64,000 bases of DNA from Octopus vulgaris (GCA_951406725.2 OX597842.1:24428001-24492000); one strand, 5' to 3'; positions 13,380 through 26,964 are shown, counted from the stretch's first letter. The notes: a model not told the origin generated them from the letters alone. A program made the numbers and translations.

Positions 13380-16300
13380 AGGTATTTCTCCTGCATCTGT
13401 CTTACCAGAAATATATAGCATCAGTGGTGCTTTTCCCTGGCATGAACCCAAACTGCATCTCATCTAAACTGACTCTCTCCCTAATTAGTTGATAATTATT
13501 TACTTTGTGTGAAAAAATTATTTACCTTGTTTAAAAAAAAAAATTATTTGATATACAGCCTTTAAATACATACCATAAATCTTCGAGTGTAGTCCGCCCT
13601 TGAGTATAATACGCAGGGGAATTTTTAGGGGCTGTACCTCTGAAAAACCTAAACCTTGTGTATAATATGCACCCCTTCTCTAACCTGAGTCAAGGAGGTC
13701 TATATAACGTCCTTGGTTTGTAAAAATGTATATGGTAACATCCTTTCTTATTATTGTATATATAACATAATACAAACGTGTAGCTTTTTTGTGTATTTTG
13801 TTTGCAGAAAATAAAGAAATAACAGTAATAACGTTTAATAAATGTTGCTTACTGCAAGATATGGATGATTCTTTTATGACTTCATTACTTTCAGGCTTAG
13901 CTTAAGGTATTTTCATGCCGGACATCACAAAATGCGTCTGAATAAACATTGCCGGACAGCAAAGAGAGACTCGGACATTGCTTAGAAAATAATTTTCATT
14001 TTTAACCTTGTATATAATCCGCACCTGGGATTTTGACCGTTAAATTTTTTGGGGAAAAATGCTGATTATACTTGAGGATTTACAGTACATGTTTTGCGCA
14101 TGCGTGCATCTATTAATTTACATACGTGCACTCACGCTAGGTAGTCGAAGGATCGACTAGTCATGACTATTTAGAGCGATGGCGCGCAGCGGGACCACTT
14201 TTCTTAAATAGTAACCGGCGTCAATAACCAGTCGAGTCGTGGGTCACTCTGGTAATTAATATATATATAACAATTATAGGTGGTTTTACGTTTTCCACAA
14301 TGATATGTACTACCAGGGTGCCACCAAGCTTATTGAATATGAGAAGGCTGTTTTTCCTGAGATGTATATTAACACGCAGACGTCTGTACTTCGTACAAGT
14401 TTGCACTGATCTTTTCCTTTTGAACGGCATATGTCAACACAATTTCTAGTTAAGTAAACACTTTTAAACTTCGTATACTGGTAGAATGTGTTTATAAAAC
14501 ATCATTTTTTCTTGGCTTTATTGAGAAAGTTCTATAGTTTGTAACATATTTCCACTTTAAAATCGAGCATTTTGGCAATTTTAACCAATGAAATATGTCT
14601 ATCTGGAGTCAAAACATACCGTGCTGTATGAATATGTCCCTTGTTTAAGAAACAGACTGGGTTTATTTACATTTGCGAAGAAAAAAAGATACCCTTCCCC
14701 CACCCCTAACCATAACTATAAACCTAACCCTAAAATAGATTGAAATGCAAAGATCGATACTAGGGTTATAATTATGGGTGACAGTTTCATACGACACCGC
14801 TACAGAAAATGGGATTTTTTTCTCGCGGTGTCAAATGAAAATGTCAACCATAATTATAACCCTAGTATCGATCTTTGCATTACAATCTATTTTGGGGCTA
14901 GGGTTGGGGGAAGGGTATCTTTATCGTACCACTACTGCATAAATCTCTATGAGATATTTAGAAATGTATTGGTTCTTTTCGGTTTGAACGGCAGTTTTTC
15001 TAGCAGTGTCATATGAAATTGTGACCCTAGTATCGATCTATTGCATTTCAATCTCTTTTAGGGTAAGGGGTGGGGGGAAGGGTATCTTTTTTTTCTTCAG
15101 AAATGTAAATACACCCAATCTGTTTCTTAAACGAGGGACTTATTCAAACGGCACAGAATGTTTTCACCTCAATAGACGTCATTGATTTGTTGAAATTGCA
15201 GGAAAAAAACAACAAATATCTTACAAACCGTAGAATTTTCTCAATAAAGACAAGAGAAAAAGATGTTTTATAAACACATTCTACCAGTATACGAAGTTTA
15301 AAAGTGTTTAGTCACCTAGAAATTATGTTAAAAACTGCTGTTCAAACCGAAAAGACCTACATACTCTGTTGTTGATGGTGAAATTCCAATGAAGGATCCT
15401 TGGATTTAGGTTAGAAATTGGCTCTTTCTCTATTGGCAAGAAATTTTGATATAAAACTGAACAATGGTATACATATATACATACGTACGTACATACATGG
15501 GGACTTGCTATAGCAACGAAGCTAAGATACACAGAGTGAAGCCACTTGGGAAAGATTGACTCTAAACTCTGCTGTGCATTCACACTAAGTGTTAACATTC
15601 TAGCTCTCTTCTGCTGTTTGCAGCAATGTTTGGAAGGAAGATGTGTAGCGTGTAATTGTCACATTGAGCATGATAGAAAGTTGAGCAGAGAATCTGCATC
15701 AGATGTTGCCAAAATCAGGGCAATACCTGCTCAGAGGCCCACACAAATTTTCATCATTCTCGACACAATCAAGGGAATCTTGTATAACTTATTTCTTTAT
15801 TACCCACAAGGGGCAAAACACCCAAAGGAAAGACGCACGGGTTTAGTCCGTTATATCGACCCCGAAAGGATGAAAGGCAAAGTCGAACTCGGCGGAATTG
15901 GAACTCAGAACGTGATGGCAGACACAATACGTATTTCTTTACTACCCACAAGGGGCTAAACAGAGGGGACGAACAAGGACAGACAAACAGAGTAAGTCGA
16001 TTACATCAATCCCAGTGCGTAACTGGTACTTATTTAATCGACCATGAAAGGCAAAGTCAACCTCGGTGAAATTTGAACTCAGAAGATAACGGCAGATGAA
16101 ATACGGCTACGCATTTCGCCCAGCGTGCTAACGTTTCTGCCAGCTCACCACCTTGTATAACTAAAACCTGAGTGACCCCTGGGGGTCAGACAGGAAAGCA
16201 AAATGAAAATGGGATTTAACAAGAGTAATCTCCCTCGACCTTCTTGAATATTTTAGAAGCTTCCTATAAACTTCCAGATGACATAGCAGTCAGGGACTTC

Positions 16301-19300
16301 TGGTTTATCCCTAATATAAAGCAGAACATTCTAATTTTGTGCCACCCTTGCGTTGACTCCTGACTCCTAGACATGCATTGACTCAGGTCATGCACATACA
16401 CACCCGCAAGTGCATGTGTTCGCCTTATTTTGCTTTGAGACGTGGTCCCAAAATATGTTCATCTGATGTTACAAGCTTTTCCTTCAATTAACCTCATATG
16501 TCAACGCATGACCTCTGGATCTTGCCTGAGTAGGGTTTCCTCTCCAAAGACCTTCCGCTGTTCAGCTCTCTTGAGAATTTCCTACCATTGTCTTATTTTA
16601 ACATTTCATCAGTGACTGGGAAATATATTTCCTTCACACTCCTTCTCTCACATGGTTACCATCGACTCAATGGCTCCATCGCATATTCACTAGATAACCA
16701 CCATCATTAGCATTAATGAACAAACTTATCCCTTCGTTTATCTCTCATCACTGTATCTTAGCATCTAACACCAAGTATTTTGTATATTAAATAATATCAA
16801 CAAATTATATAACTTCAAAACAAACATTTATTGTAGATCAGTTTGGAGAAATGTGTAACTTTTATCAAACATTGATCGAGTGTGAATTCTATGCTGTATC
16901 ATCAATTGTATAGGCTCATAAGGGATACATTTGGATAGGGTTGCCAAATTAGAAAACCATATATACGGGACACTTTTAAAATCTCTCTATATATATATAT
17001 TTATACATGCCTACACACCCAAGCAGAGAGATAAGTTAAAAAGATAATGCAATTATTTTAATGAGTTATGAAGTCAAAATTATTTAATACAAGCTAAAGA
17101 AATAATAAATTCTATTAAAGTGAAATAATTTGAAAATATTTCTTTAATACTGACAACAGAGAAATAAGCAAACAATATCTTGTGTAATGTGTACATATAG
17201 GCGTAGGAGTGGCTGTGTGGTAAGTAGCTTGCTTACCAACCACATGGTCCCAGGTTCAGTCTCATTGTGTAGCACTTTGGACAAGTGTCTTCTACTATAG
17301 CCTCAGATGACCAAAGCCTTGTGAGTGGATTTGGTAGACAGAAACTGAAAGAAGTCCATCGTATATATGTGTGTGTGTGTATATGTTTGTCCCCCAAACA
17401 TCACTTGACAATCGATGCTGGTGTGTTTACGTCCACCATAACTTAGCGGTTCAGCAAAAGTGACCGATAGAATAAGTACTAGGCTTACAAAGAATAAGTC
17501 CTGGGTCTATTTGCTCAACTAAAGGCGGTGCTCCAGCATGGCCACTGTCAAATGCCTGAAACATGTAAAATAGATAGGTTTCCCCTATTTTCTTTCATGT
17601 ATCCATATTTATTATTGAAATATCACTTCCAGTATCGAACTGAAGTTTAATATTTATTCCAATCATTTTTACGTGTACAAATTTTCTTATTTGGGAGTCG
17701 AATTTTGTTTCTGTTGAGAGCCCTCTAGGATCTTTAATGGTTGATCTTCAGAATTTAGTTCTGCAGTGTGAATTTCTGTATATTCAGTTGTTGTAAGGCC
17801 TTGTACCAAAAGAAGACACCTGAACATCTCAGGTGTAAATTCTCTGAGTTTAAAAATATTCACACATTCTGTTAATTGTTCCTGCGTATGTGATAAAATC
17901 ACCATCCTCTTTTTTCATTATATTCCAAAACACCATCCAAGTGTTAGAGAAGTTTTATCACCAAATATGTTAGACAGTAATTCTATTGTTTCTTTAAAAC
18001 AAATTTCATTGAGTTTTTTGGGTAATATGAAATTAAAGTAATGTTCATACTCAGATGGGGCTCATTTATGTCATAATAACCTTACTTTTTCTGTGTCTGA
18101 CCATGTCTTACAATCTTCCTTAAAAATTACCTGCTGTAGTACAATGCAACAGTTATACCGTCCTCTGGGTTATAACTGGATTCATTGAGTCCAAAATGTC
18201 GTCTGGCAAAATGTACTTCCTCATTTTTGGACTTCTTTGAATAAAGCTCCAATAATTGTTGTTGTTGCTGCCTTTGTCGTTGATTTTGCAACAGTTTTAT
18301 AGAAGCTAATTAGTCTTCCAAGATTTAACAATTTTGTATCACAAAAATTTGTTAACTGAACTGCAAGAGCTTCGAAACCCTCATCGCCAGATGTTGTAAC
18401 ATAATTGTTCCTTACAATAAATAAGATAACCAGAAAATTGTAACAACAATCTAATGAACTAACAAATCTTTTACGAACCAACATTCAATATTACTTAGGA
18501 AGTAAACCAAGCGACACCTTCCGACTTCACTTCACTCTGAACCGCGAACCCACTCAGATTGTTACTATTTATACTTTACTCGGACCAGTCTATCTCTCAC
18601 AAGGGGACATGGTAACTCTCATCACAACAGGTGCCATTCTAACCAGATGCCCATCATAAATCCCTGCTTGGTGTCTGGTAAGAACAAGACCATAAAAACC
18701 TGCTCTACAGAATGATTTAGCAAAAAATAAGTATCATCCGTTGCAGGGGTTGAGCAGGGATGTGTTTGAACCATAGGTAGAGTGGGGCATTAGGCTCTTG
18801 AAAAATATTTCCCACTCTACACCCAAAACTGTGACAAACAGCAATAAGCCTCCAGCTAGTGCCAGAATATGTGGGCAGTAGCACAAAGGGTGCAGATCCT
18901 GGGATCCCTGAGTGTGTCCAGCAGAGGATAACTGATCATGGCTGGGAACTGGAGTGTAATACATTTGTGTCAAAATAATATATCCTCAAGAAAACAGAGC
19001 AAATTAATATAATCAATATTGTTTGAATAAAAAACACAAATCGTAATTAGTGAGTTGATGCAAATGAGGAAAATGTGAAAAATGAATTTATTTTGTAAAA
19101 AGTAATACATTTGCTGTATTTTATTCAGCAGGACATCTGTTTTATCATTGATATTGTTATTGATCAATATGAATAAGTATATGTTTAGTTAAGGTAGATT
19201 ATTGAGAGAATGATTTAGCACAGATTACACAGTCATAAGAATCTTCTCCTGTATGAATATGTTTGTGTTTAGTTTATTATTTCTCTCTATGAAAGAATGA

Positions 19301-19572
19301 CTTGTCCCAGATGTCACAGTGATATGATTTCTCTCCTGTATGAATGTATTTGTGATGAGTTCAATATTGTTCCACAGAGAATGATTTACCTCAGATATCA
19401 CAGCAATAGAGTTTCTCTCCTGTATGAATATGTTTATAAGTATATACAGCATATTCCTGAGAGAATGATTTGCTGCAGACATCACAGTCACATAGTTTCT
19501 CTCCAGTATGAGCAGACTTGTAATTAATTAAATATTTTCTTAAACGGAATAATTTACTGCAGATACTACAGT

Positions 19573-20709
19573 GCTATGGTTTGTCCCCTGTATTAATGCA
19601 TTTCTGTCTATTTAAGTACCTCTTCTGAGAGAATGATTTACCACAGATATAGCACCGATATGGTTTCTCTCCTGTATGAATGTATTTATGAGAATTAAGG
19701 TAACTTCTTTGAGAGAATGATTTACCACAAATATCACAGTGATATGGTTTCTCTCCTGTATGTATGGCTTTGTGTTTAGTAAGGTTATATTTTTTAGAGA
19801 ATGATTTACCACAGATATCACAGTGATATGGTTTCTCTCCAGTATGTACGACTTTGTGATAAGAAAGGGCAGTCTTTTGAGAGAATGATTTACCACAAAT
19901 ATCACATTGATATGGTTTCTCTCCAGTATGAGTGTATTTGTGATGAGTGAGGCTATATTTCTGAGTGAATGATTTACCACAAATATCACATCGATATGGT
20001 TTCTCTCCTGTATGAATGGATTTGTGAGAAGAAAGGTGACTTTTTTGAGAGAATGATTTACCACAAATATCACATCGATATTGTTTCTCTCCTGTATGAA
20101 TGGATTTGTGAGTAGTGAAATAACTTTTTAATGAAAAGGATTTATCACAGATATCACACTGATATGGTTTCTCACCTGTGTGAATATATTTGTGAGAATT
20201 AAGGCTTCTTTTTTGAGAGAATGATTTACCACAAACATCACACTGATGTGGTTTCTCTCCTGTATGAATGTGTGTGTGAGAATCAAGGGAATTTCTATGA
20301 GAGAATGATTTACCGCAAATACGACATTGATTTGGTTTCTCTCTTGTATGAATGTATTTGTGTTTAGTAAGGTTATATTTTGTAGAGAATGATTTACCAC
20401 AGATATCACAGTGATATGGTTTCTCTCCACTATGAACAGATTTGTGATAAGAAAGGACAGTCCTTTGAGAGAATGATTTACCACAGATATCACAGTGATA
20501 TGGTTTCTCTCCAGTATGAGTGTATTTGTGATGAGTAAGGTGACTTTTTTGAGAGAATGATTTACCACAGATATCACAATGATATTGTTTCCCCCTGCAT
20601 GAATGAATTTGTGAACAGTGAGATTTCCCTTATTAGAAAAAGTCTTTTTACAGATATCACATTGGTCTGATAACTTTTCTCTTTCTTTTAACATCTCCAG
20701 ACTATTCAT
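19573..20709 (-). pseudogene. C2H2 zinc-finger gene (ZNF-3), ~13 fingers, frameshift after finger 1
   Basis: [24 protein letters not shown] start at 20709. G5 run at ~20591 versus G6 in ZNF-1 shifts into the VVNHSL frame. 84-bp finger repeats continue to CCA TAG at ~19573, with degenerate fingers beyond. Confidence 0.8.
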
Positions 20710-21414
20710 TATTGTTCTGTAGTATACAGACAGAAAATATATTTTCCCCTTCTTCTTTATATATATCTTCTACAGCAAATCTGATCTTGAATATCTAAAA
20801 ATGATACAAACACCTTTCCAGATTTTCTCACATTCAAACTGAATGTGAAATACTTTTGTAAATATTCCTGGCAATGAGGAAAACAAATGTTGCTATCAAT
20901 TCAGAAGAAATATTTCACCGTTATTCACCATAGATATATTATATAAACAGAGTTATTATCTATTATTTATAACGGCTGACATTCGTTTTTAAAACATGAT
21001 CAATATTCATGATGTATCTCACGTAAAACTCCTTTATACGAGTATCTGAAATGACACAGAAACAGTAGAAGATATAGGAAAGACTTTAAAAAGCAAAGGT
21101 TTAACAATAAAAATTATAACTACATTTTCATAATGATAAACTGTGGATATAAACTTTTACCCGAATAAATTACACTTTAAAATGATACTCATGACACAAG
21201 ACATTACTTTCGTCTATAATGACCTGAGTCATAAATCTAATACTTTCTCTAGTTTAGTTTCAATGCACCCAAACAAACAAAAGGAAAAGCAGTGTAAATA
21301 ACGGACAGAGTCAAAACTATTGAAAAGGTTGCAAGACGCAACGAAAATTTTAGGAAAAAAGGAAATAAGTAAGAAATAACTGCAAAATTTTACCGATGAG
21401 TGTGTTAAGTTATA

Positions 21415-22546
21415 AGGCATCAACCACAGTGAAAATTTTGTTGATCCGACAAATGCGTCGGTGCACACACAGACGATAGAGAGATTGTGGGGGTCAGTTA
21501 AGAGATCAGTTGTTCGCCCAGGCATTCGTGCCTGTTACTTAAAGCAATACCTCTCCAAGTTCCTATTTATGGAAAGCATCAAACCTGCTGCCAAGAGAAT
21601 ACACGTATTCTTATTGGCAGCAGCAAGTCTTTATCCTGGCCCGAGATAATTTTTTCCTCCAACCCATCTCATTTCTTTATCATCAATGTCGATGGACCAC
21701 TCAAAGAGGTATGTATACATTATCATTTTCGTAACATAATTTCTGTAGTATTTCAAGATGTTTCTGACACGTATTTTGATTCATATGGCGGAGATCCAAC
21801 ATTTCTTCACTTTTTCCAGAATTTCTTTTCTTTTTTTTTTTTTTTTTTTTGCGAAATATGTACAAAAATACGGAGTTTATGATTCATGTGTGAGTGTGTG
21901 TTCTTGATACTCGTTTAGAACAAGTAGTTTTACACCAATTACACTATTTTTTCTTAGTTTAAAGGCTATGGACTGAAGATGTGAAATTTCTGAAGCCTCT
22001 CCCCCACCCCCTTTCGCGAGCGCGTATTTTTTTTATCATATTCGTTTAGAGCAAGTTGTTTTACACCTATTACGCTATTTTTGTTTTTGTGCCCGGGTCA
22101 GACGGTTTCGGAAATTCCCGATGTAAATTTTCCGAGGCTTCTCCCCCACCCCTCTTTCGCGAGGGCGCATTTTTTTTGTCATATTCGTTGAGAGCAAGTT
22201 GTTTTACACATATTACACTATTTTTTTTTGTTTTGGTGCCCGGGTCAGCCCCTCAGACGCTTTCGGAAATTCCCGATGTAAATTTTCCGAGGCTTCTCCC
22301 CCTCCTCTTTCGCGAGGGCGCATTTTTTTTTTGTCATATTCGTTGAGAGCAAGTTGTTTTACACATATTACACTATTTTTTGTTTGTTTTGGTGCCCGGG
22401 TCAGCCCCTCAGACGCTTTCGGAAATTCCCGATGTGAATTTTCCGAGGCCTCTCCCCCACTCCCCTTACGCGTGCGCGCATTTTTTTTCATATTCGTTCA
22501 TATTTTTTTTTTGTTTCTTTGAATGGTGTAACGCTTTAGTTTAACC
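21415..22546 (+). mobile_element. Merlin (IS1595/IS1016-like DDE) transposon 3' remnant with subterminal ~155-bp tandem repeats
   Basis: INHSENFVDPTNASVHTQTIERLWGSVKR...LKQYLSKFLF resembles a Merlin/ISXO2 transposase C-terminus. Repeats at 21978-22490. End reads ...ctttagtttaaCC. Confidence 0.75.
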
Positions 22547-23235
22547 GTTAATTCTATTCGCCAATAAATGTCTTTAATTAAGCCAAGAAAATTTGGATTT
22601 TACTTGGCATGGCCATGAAAAAGCACCAAATTTTTAGCTTTTTTTTATTACAGTAGATATTCCATTTGCTGACTGTGTCGATTCAAAGCCGTCTATTGAT
22701 TTATCATAGAGGTATTATTTGCTAAACATCTATATTTGCTGTTCCTGTCGAAATAATCCACGTTAATTATGTCTGATTTTTGCTCCTGTGAATAATCTGC
22801 AATCTAATAAAACATAAATAGCTGACTGCAACATGAGGCCAGTGGTACCGCGATGATAAAACAAGATACACCTTTTCGTTAGACAGAATCAGCAAATGGC
22901 TTAAACTTGAAAAGAAACGAATACACAAACGTATTTATGATCCAGACCTTCAACACATGTGAATGCAGAATTTCTTTAAAAGATTTACATTATTAATAAG
23001 GTTACAGAAGGAAAAGTCGTGGTGGGTTGGTGTTTAAATTATACTTGTGTTTATGTTTGATGTATTCTAAAAGTCAGGACAGTCGGGAACACAAGCGAAT
23101 TTCATTAAGAGGTCTGCTCAGTCAGGGGTGACCATGGGCTAAACAACAGTGACTTGCCACGTTTCTGAAGATAGTAGAATATTATTGTCCACCGTTTTGT
23201 AGTTTAACATTTTCCATAATATCTGAAGGTGGAGG

Positions 23236-23351
23236 GGTTAAACTAAAGCGTTACACCATTCAAAGAAACAAAAAAAAAATGTGTGTAATAGGTGTAAAAC
23301 AACCCAAAGTGGTTAGCCATGGATGGCTTCTAAACTTCCTTTAGTTTAACC
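23236..23351. mobile_element. 116-bp MITE carrying the same Merlin-type end (GGTTAAACTAAAG TIR); paralog 57372-57489
   Basis: ggttaaactaaag...ctttagtttaacc. Confidence 0.7.
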
Positions 23352-23467
23352 GAATTAACATCGATGTCAAACTAGCAACTTTTAAAACTTTTTACTTTTG
23401 TTTGGAGTTTCGAATTAGCCAGGTTAATCGGCTTCTGCTAAAAAATAAAATATATATTACATCTTAC

Positions 23468-23665
23468 CTGTTTTGATGAATAGATCATATGTTACGATAA
23501 TTAGATTAATGTGAATTAATGTTAATTACACAAAAGAGCAATTAACGGGAATATAGTTTAAAGACACTTTAAAAGTCGGCATGGAAAGTCAACGAAACGA
23601 ACTAAAATTCCTGATGTTGTATACCTCGTATTACTCCACTTTTGTCGGATGATTAAACTGAGATG
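23468..23665 (-). promoter_or_regulatory. Putative promoter and exon 1 of ZNF-3 (acceptor at 21046-21047)
   Basis: Same module on the minus strand: CATCCGACAAA, TTAGTT (23600-23605), CAG|GTAAGA. Confidence 0.6.
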
Positions 23666-24079
23666 GTAAATTTTTTATGTTTTATTATTGCTATAATTAC
23701 TATTTAAAATTTTGAATTGTAAGAAAAAAATCCAAATGATGGCAAAAGATACAAAACTAAAGCTTATTTTCCAGTCGATTGCTACTTTTACGCTGTTCTG
23801 TCGTCGAACCCGTAAGTTACAGGGACGGAAAGAAACGAATACAGCTTATCAGGGTGATGTTGGATGAGGATAGGGGGAAACATGCAGGCATCAGTGTTCG
23901 AAAACCATTGTTGGTTTGTTTATATTCCAGTAACTTAGTTGTGCAATGGAAGAGGCGGGGGTAAAGAATACGCACACCACCCGTTTACGGTGTAAGCCTA
24001 ACCCATGCGTCGCAGGAGGCGGAAGAGGTCAAGCAGGTCGCACGTGTGGTCATCGACGAAGGGACAGTTCGAGCAGAGA

Positions 24080-25793
24080 TGAGAAATCGCACGTTGACGT
24101 CGGTTGTGTTTTTTTTACGCTCGTGAAATTTGGTAAAAAAGAACAAAAAGTGAGTGGGAAAATTGTTGTTGTGGAATTTTGTACGTTTGTTGATGCGGTT
24201 TCGCGTTACACTGGTTCTACGCGTTGCACTGTTTCTGTTCGGGCGGCCGTTTTCGGTCTGTCAGACGGAGGGATATGGACGACCACTCCCTAGTGGAGGA
24301 GTCGGAGGAAGAATGGATATTTGAGAACTTGTCGGAGACATCGACCTCTGAAGACGAGCAAATCGGTGATGTAAATAATGTGGAGATAAAAAATAGGAAA
24401 ACGTACGCAGGAGTTGCAAAAAAAGAAGACGGCACAGGAAAAGGAAATAAACCTAGAAAAATTGCCAGGTTTCCAGAGGTATATGAGGAAGGACAGCGGT
24501 GAGGTGGAACTAACACCACCACCAAAGAGAAAAGAATGGTTCGAGAAAAGGACCATCATATACAGGGTATTCGCAAGCGGAACGAAAAAGATAGAAGTGG
24601 TGAATATGGAGTGGATAAATGAGGCGCTAAGAAGAACGGAAGAGGAAATCGAATTTCTGTCGAGAGGTTCAAAACATGGTACTGTAGTAGTACAGTTCAA
24701 AAGTGAGAAGGCAGCAAGGAAGATGGCGGCGAAGGCGGTGAAATCCGAGAAGGTAATACTTTTGCCTACGTATTTAAATAGAAAAATCACAAGAGTAAGG
24801 GTCGAGGGAATAGCCCCAAACGTTGAAGCCGAGTGGATTGTGGCGGCTATAATTAGCGGCCACGAGGATGAAGTGGACATCCTCCATGCCTCGGTTAAGA
24901 CCGAGGGCTGGAGAGGCGTGACGGTGGAACTAAATGTGCAGGCAGAGAACGATGTACTGGTGGACCTAACAGAAAACATCAGATTGGGAGACGTGATCAT
25001 GAGAGTGTGGGTGGAGGGCAGGGCGCCCAGGTGCTATAAGTGTGGCCTGAGGGGTCACATAAGAGCCTACTGCCCTCTCCCACACAAAGAAACAGTGATC
25101 CAGGAAGAGGAGGAAACGGAGCCGGAAAAAGTTGAAGCGGAAGAACCTGAGGAGGAGAAGGAAATCCAAACTGAGTGGGAAGACGTACGGAAAAAAAGAA
25201 AAAGAAGAAGGAAAGTGAACTTTATTGAATCCCAATCCACCCCAACACCACCCGCACCCTCTGAGCCTCATCCTTCCCCTGCAAACAAAGAGCCCACCCA
25301 TTCCCCACCTACAAGAAAACCTAAAAACGCAGACACACAGATGATACAAGAGCCCAAGCCCCATACTTTATGTTTTATAAAAAAGGAAGACAATGTGAAG
25401 CCGACAAGTATCTTTGGTGAAAAATCATGGTATGAGGGAGAAGATGGAAGTTACATGGCGATGAAAGGTGAAATAATGGACGCAAGGAAGATTTTGTCGG
25501 AAAAAAAGGGTGTAGAAGCGATTGAGGTGGAATTTTCGGATGAGAAGATAAAAGAGTGTGAAGAGATATTTGAGATAGTATTAGGAAAGGAGGGGCTTTT
25601 GATTGGAGATGATAGGTGACGAAGGATTGTGAAGGACAGGTAAGTGATGCTGGCGGATGGGGCCGTTAGCATCGCTTTCATATTACCATTTTTTCATTTA
25701 AAATTCATTTTTCATATTATTAATTATAATGTTCTATGTCCCCAATGTTTTGTAATGTCCCCTCTGCATCGCCCCTTGTGGGTAATAAAAAAT
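24080..25793 (+). mobile_element. ORF1-only non-LTR-like retroelement (no RT/EN), flanked by CAGAGA
   Basis: Absent from the paralogous site at ~56655, which has a single CAGAGA. Ends in gccccttgtgggtaataaaaaat. Encodes a CCHC/RRM-type protein. Confidence 0.8.
24275..25619 (+). CDS. LINE ORF1p-like nucleic-acid-binding protein (Tx1/L1-type, ZCCHC3-like layout); 1-bp shift in the A7 run at 24418-24
   Basis: MDDHSL...TYAGVA joins the 401-aa ORF if one A is removed (447 aa). RRM-like GTVVVQFKS and TRVRVEGIAP; VWVEGRAPRCYKCGLRGHIRAYCP knuckle; WEDVRKKRKRRR; Pro-rich tail. Confidence 0.75.
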
Positions 25794-25799
25794 CAGAGA

Positions 25800-26160
25800 T
25801 TAGAAATCGCACGTTGACGTCGGTTGTGTTTTTTATACGCTCGTGAAATTTGGTAAAAAAGAACAAAAAGTGAGTGGGAAAATTGTTGTTGTTGTGGAAT
25901 TTTGTACGTTTGTTGATGCGGTTTCGCGTTACACTGGTTCTACGCGTTGCACTGTTTCTGTTCGGGCGGCCGTTTTCGGTCTGTCAGACAGAGGGAGATG
26001 GACGACCACTCCCTAGTGGAGGAGTCGGAGGAAGAATGGATATTTGAGACCTTGTCGGAGGCATCGACCTCTGAAGACGAGCAAATCATATTATTTTCAT
26101 ATTATTAATTATAATGTTCTATGTCCCCTCTGCATCGCCCCTTGTGAGTAATAAAAAAAT
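25800..26160 (+). mobile_element. 361-bp internally deleted tandem copy of the ORF1 element (5' ~290 bp + 3' tail)
   Basis: 25800-26087 matches 24080-24364; 26088-26160 matches the 3' end of unit 1. CAGAGA on both sides. Confidence 0.85.
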
Positions 26161-26779
26161 CAGAGACGAGGAAGCGACAGGACGTGTCAAATTCGTAAGA
26201 GACCTCGGATCTTCGCCGAGGTAAGGCCTTTTGTATTTCTTCCTCCCGTTGCTTCTCCTTCTGTTGTCCTCTTCATCCATCACACTACACATACATACTT
26301 GTCCTTCTCATCAAGTAAACTCTTAGCAGAAAAAGAATCAGGAAAATGCCTTTTATCACACGCCTTCTTAAAAAGAATGGCGGTGACCCAGCATGGCCAC
26401 AGCTCGTGAGCTGAAACTAGATGAAAATAAATAAATAAAACTAAGGGAGTCTCTCCCGTTTTTATTTCTAATATTCTTTACACGATTGAATTTGGATTTA
26501 ATGGAAATAATATTGAATAAGACTTTGCGAGTCAGCTTTACATAATTTCTTGGGTATTGGTTAGAAAACAACCCACGGGTTTCTCACCTTAACCTTAGAA
26601 AGAAATAAACGAAGAACGACACTACAGGTTTAAAGAGGAGATCGTAAGAGTAGCAAAAAACCTGAAAATAAGTAGTCAGCATATACTTTTGTATTTTTTG
26701 CCATTATTCGGGGTTTTTTCATTCTAATTCACATTTCGTAAACGTAATTATAGCAATAAAAACCATTAAAAATTTACCA

Positions 26780-26964
26780 CTTCAGTTTTAGCATCCGACA
26801 AATGCGTAGTAATAGGACGGATACAATATTCAGATTTTAGTTCGTTTCGTTGACGTTCCGTGTCGGTTTTTCTAATGTGCCTTTAAATTATATTTCCCGC
26901 CAGATCGATCCTTTCCGTAATTAACGTTAATTCATATTAAACACTAATTTATTTGTCATCACAG
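26780..26964 (+). promoter_or_regulatory. Putative promoter and exon 1 of ZNF-4 (acceptor AG 28407-28408)
   Basis: CATCCGACAAA at ~26792, TTAGTT at 26837, CAG|GTAAGA at 26964/5. Confidence 0.6.

Larger units (their letters stand above)
9350..17565. repeat. Right arm of the block A palindrome
   Basis: Reverse complement of 1-8265 apart from indels and the finger array. Confidence 0.95.

Noticed and set aside
24290-25364. Antisense ORFs (236 aa, 132 aa) over the ORF1 gene
   Set aside because: Ser/Phe-rich shadows of a purine-rich sense strand.
24080-26160. LTR retrotransposon or autonomous DIRS/Ngaro element
   Set aside because: No PBS/PPT, RT or tyrosine recombinase. The A-rich SINE-shared tail and the repeated 6-mer favour a non-LTR-type origin. 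Ngaro is kept only as an alternative.
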